A stretch of 64,000 nt of DNA from NCBI GenBank assembly GCA_038087875.1, contig CM075977.1, positions 334,614,001 to 334,678,000 of the forward strand, read 5' to 3'. Under the pieces are notes generated by a model. It was not told the origin of the DNA and did no database searches. It saw only the letters and a list, made by a program, of their open reading frames with translations. This document shows, piece after piece, positions 61,764 through 64,000 of the stretch (within the stretch, counting starts at the first letter, position 1; each line of letters opens with the position of its first letter). Position numbers and translations under genes: made by a program. This DNA is from Malacoraja senta. Taxonomy: Eukaryota.

Positions 61764-62954
61764 TCAGGGCCTTGTTGTTTATCACAATGGTCACTGCAAG
61801 GTCCAGCAGTTTGCCTGAAGAGCATAGGAGAGAAAGCATGGCTGAGTCATTGTCTGTGTTATCAGAATCATTCCCGTGGGAAGCATCACCGTGTTCTTGG
61901 GAGTAAGAGTCAGACAGTTCTTGTTGAAGCAGGTGCAGATTTGTCCTTGAAGTAGTGTTCCCACGAGATCGACAACATGTAGCAGAGTGATTAAGCTTCT
62001 TGCAGTTGTGACAAACGTTCCCATGGGCAACGCAGAACTGGCGCCCTCGGGAGTGGAAATAATTGCTGTTGGGGCATCTGGTGGCAGGCATATTAGGGCT
62101 TTCGTGAGGCACATTTGAAAAATTCCAGGGAGAGTAGTTAGCAAAATTTACGGTATGTTGCTGTTGTGGGCTGGCAGGGTCAAAATCTGCGAGCGGGGCC
62201 ACGACCTCTGCCACGCGACACGAATGAATGGCTCGCTCTAAAGTCAGTTCAGTGTTCCGAAGCAGTTCAGCTCTCAGCTTGCGGTCGCTCATTCCCCCCA
62301 CAATCTTGTCGCGTATTAGCTCGTTAGTCAACTCACCGAAGCTGCACTGTGTAGCCATGTGTCATAAATCACTGATGAAGCGTTCGACAGGTTCATCGAC
62401 CTGCTGCTGTCAGGCGAAGAACCGTGTTCTCTCGAGGATGTGGTTCGAGGGCAGGTTGCATAGCTCTCTAAATTTTCTGAGTAGGACTGTCGGGTTGTCG
62501 ATAGATTCTGCTGGCACAAGGACCTGGCCATTAGCGTCGTTGATTGCTAGGGCGAACTCGAAGTTGTCTGTACGAATCATTGCTTCTGGACCCGCTACAT
62601 TGAGCTGTAGCTATGCCTTCAGATCATCGGGGTCATTCCGGTGAACGATGCGAATGTAGTGAGCATAATCACGTTGAAACATTCGCCAGCGCTCGGCTAT
62701 GTCAGAGTCAAACACGAGGGGACTCGGCTTTCGACAGGAGTTGGCCATGACATTAAAAAATATAAAATAAAAACTGATAAAGAAAATAAATCGCGGTAAA
62801 CGAACGTGGGTTGGACCCAGTTATCTGACACCATGTAAGTACCTGACACAGGTAAAGGTGTAAGCATCTTTAATGTTCATTCCAGTATCAGATATGCAGC
62901 ACATCATACATTCAGCCTGCTGCAACTACTGAATACAGTAGGTGAGTTCTTACA
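61764..62954 (-). mobile_element. Gypsy LTR retrotransposon 5' remnant: LTR, PBS, degraded gag with a zinc knuckle
   Basis: LTR ends ...CTTACA directly before PBS TGGTGTCAGA (62833-62824, tRNA-Leu-like); gag starts MANSCRKPSPL near 62748; IRDKIVGG..LTLERAI, CHNCKKLNHSATCC. LTR 5' boundary is 62954 or about 63010. Confidence 0.8.
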
Positions 62955-63099
62955 CTATAAAGCCTGCACTAGGTGGAGTTATTATTGCTAAGCATTCTGA
63001 TTGGCTAACATGCAATAGCCAATCTACTCAGCCAACTTTGCCTGCAGTTCCACCAGACGCCAGTAGAGGGGGTTGGTGCTATTATCATCGTCGCTGAGG

Positions 63100-64000
63100 A
63101 GCTGCAGCAAGGCAATGTCGCCCAGCCAGTGATTCCTTCAGCGGCCGGCCATATTCATTGCGTCTTCGCCTGGGATCGCCACACCGGGAGTCAGTTCCTC
63201 GTAGACACCGGGGCCGAGGTGAGTGTACTGCCTCCCTCCATCGCTGACATCCGTGCGGGCTAACGTGGCCCCCTCCTCACCGCGGCGAACGGGAGTGCTA
63301 TTTGCACCTACGGAGTTCGCACCATCTCCCTCAACTTTGGCCTCAGCTGCTTTTCGTGGGAGTTCTTCATCGCTGACGTTTCCCAGCCGCTGCTGGGCGC
63401 CGACTTACTTCGAGCCCATTTGTGCGAATTTGTGCGGATGCCGTTTGGTTTTGAAGAACGCTGCGCAGGCCTTTCAGCGAATTATGGACTGTGTGTGCCG
63501 TGGCCTGGACTTTGTATTCATGTACCTGGACGACATACCTGTGGCCAGTCGCTCGCGGCAGGAGCACTGCATTCACCTCTGTCAGCTGTGTCAGCGCCTC
63601 CGCGATTTTGGATTGGCTGTCAACTCGTCCAAGTGCCGTTTTGGGGTGACGGCCATCGACTTCCTCGGCCACCGCATAACTCCACAGGGGGTGGTACCTC
63701 TGCCGGCCAGGATGGATGCTGTCCGCAGGTTCCCCCGTCCGACCACAGTTAAGGGCCTACAGGAATTTGTGGGGATTGTCGCCTTTTATCACCGTTTCTT
63801 GCCGGCAGCGGCCGCAATCATGCGTCCGCTTTTCCACCTGATTGCTGGTCATCGCAAGGAGGTTGAGTGGTCCGACGAAGCAGCTGCGGCATTCGAGAGT
63901 GCTAAGGAGGCACTGACTTGGGCCACGATGTTCGTCCACCTGCAAGAGGATGCCCCGACCTCCCTGATGGTGGACGCTTCTGATGTTGCGGTTGGGGCAG
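63100..64000 (+). mobile_element. Second Gypsy element, degraded pol (protease, internally deleted RT), running off the window
   Basis: FLVDTGAEVSVLP, LLGADLL, MPFG..KNAAQAFQR, YLDD, KCRFG...FLGH, LQEFVGIVAFYHRF. Confidence 0.85.

Noticed and set aside
61615-62358. 247-aa ORF as a domesticated gag gene
   Set aside because: It is a Gypsy gag fragment joined to CR1 sequence; the upstream gag has a stop and frameshift.

Overview
Vertebrate genomic DNA, most likely from a cartilaginous fish (skate/ray-like); this is inferred from the HE1-type V-SINEs and the CR1, Rex1 and Penelope repeat content. Positions 216-23979 hold the last ten coding exons of the adhesion GPCR ADGRA3 (GPR125) on the + strand. 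All have GT-AG junctions, the phases are consistent, and the protein ends in the PDZ ligand ETTV. The rest is intronic or intergenic and dense with transposable elements: two IR/DR Tc1 transposons (one containing a young nested CR1), Rex1/Babar, L2 and CR1 LINE fragments, V-SINEs, six PIF/Harbinger-type MITEs, Penelope-like termini carrying minimal hammerhead-ribozyme motifs, an internally deleted class I endogenous retrovirus bounded by a GATC duplication, a Helitron-type 3' end and two Gypsy remnants. There is a 200-N assembly gap. I found no clearly novel protein-coding system. The most interesting signals are: (i) unrelated Harbinger MITE families sharing one internal module; (ii) GC-rich non-autonomous retroelements sharing a covarying hairpin core but ending in different LINE tails; (iii) Penelope hammerheads physically linked to a GIY-YIG remnant; (iv) an ADGRA3 GPS site lacking the Ser/Thr nucleophile; (v) a 2.9-kb provirus missing its immunosuppressive domain; (vi) several locally templated insertions. 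Family assignments come from recognising motifs by eye, not from database searches.
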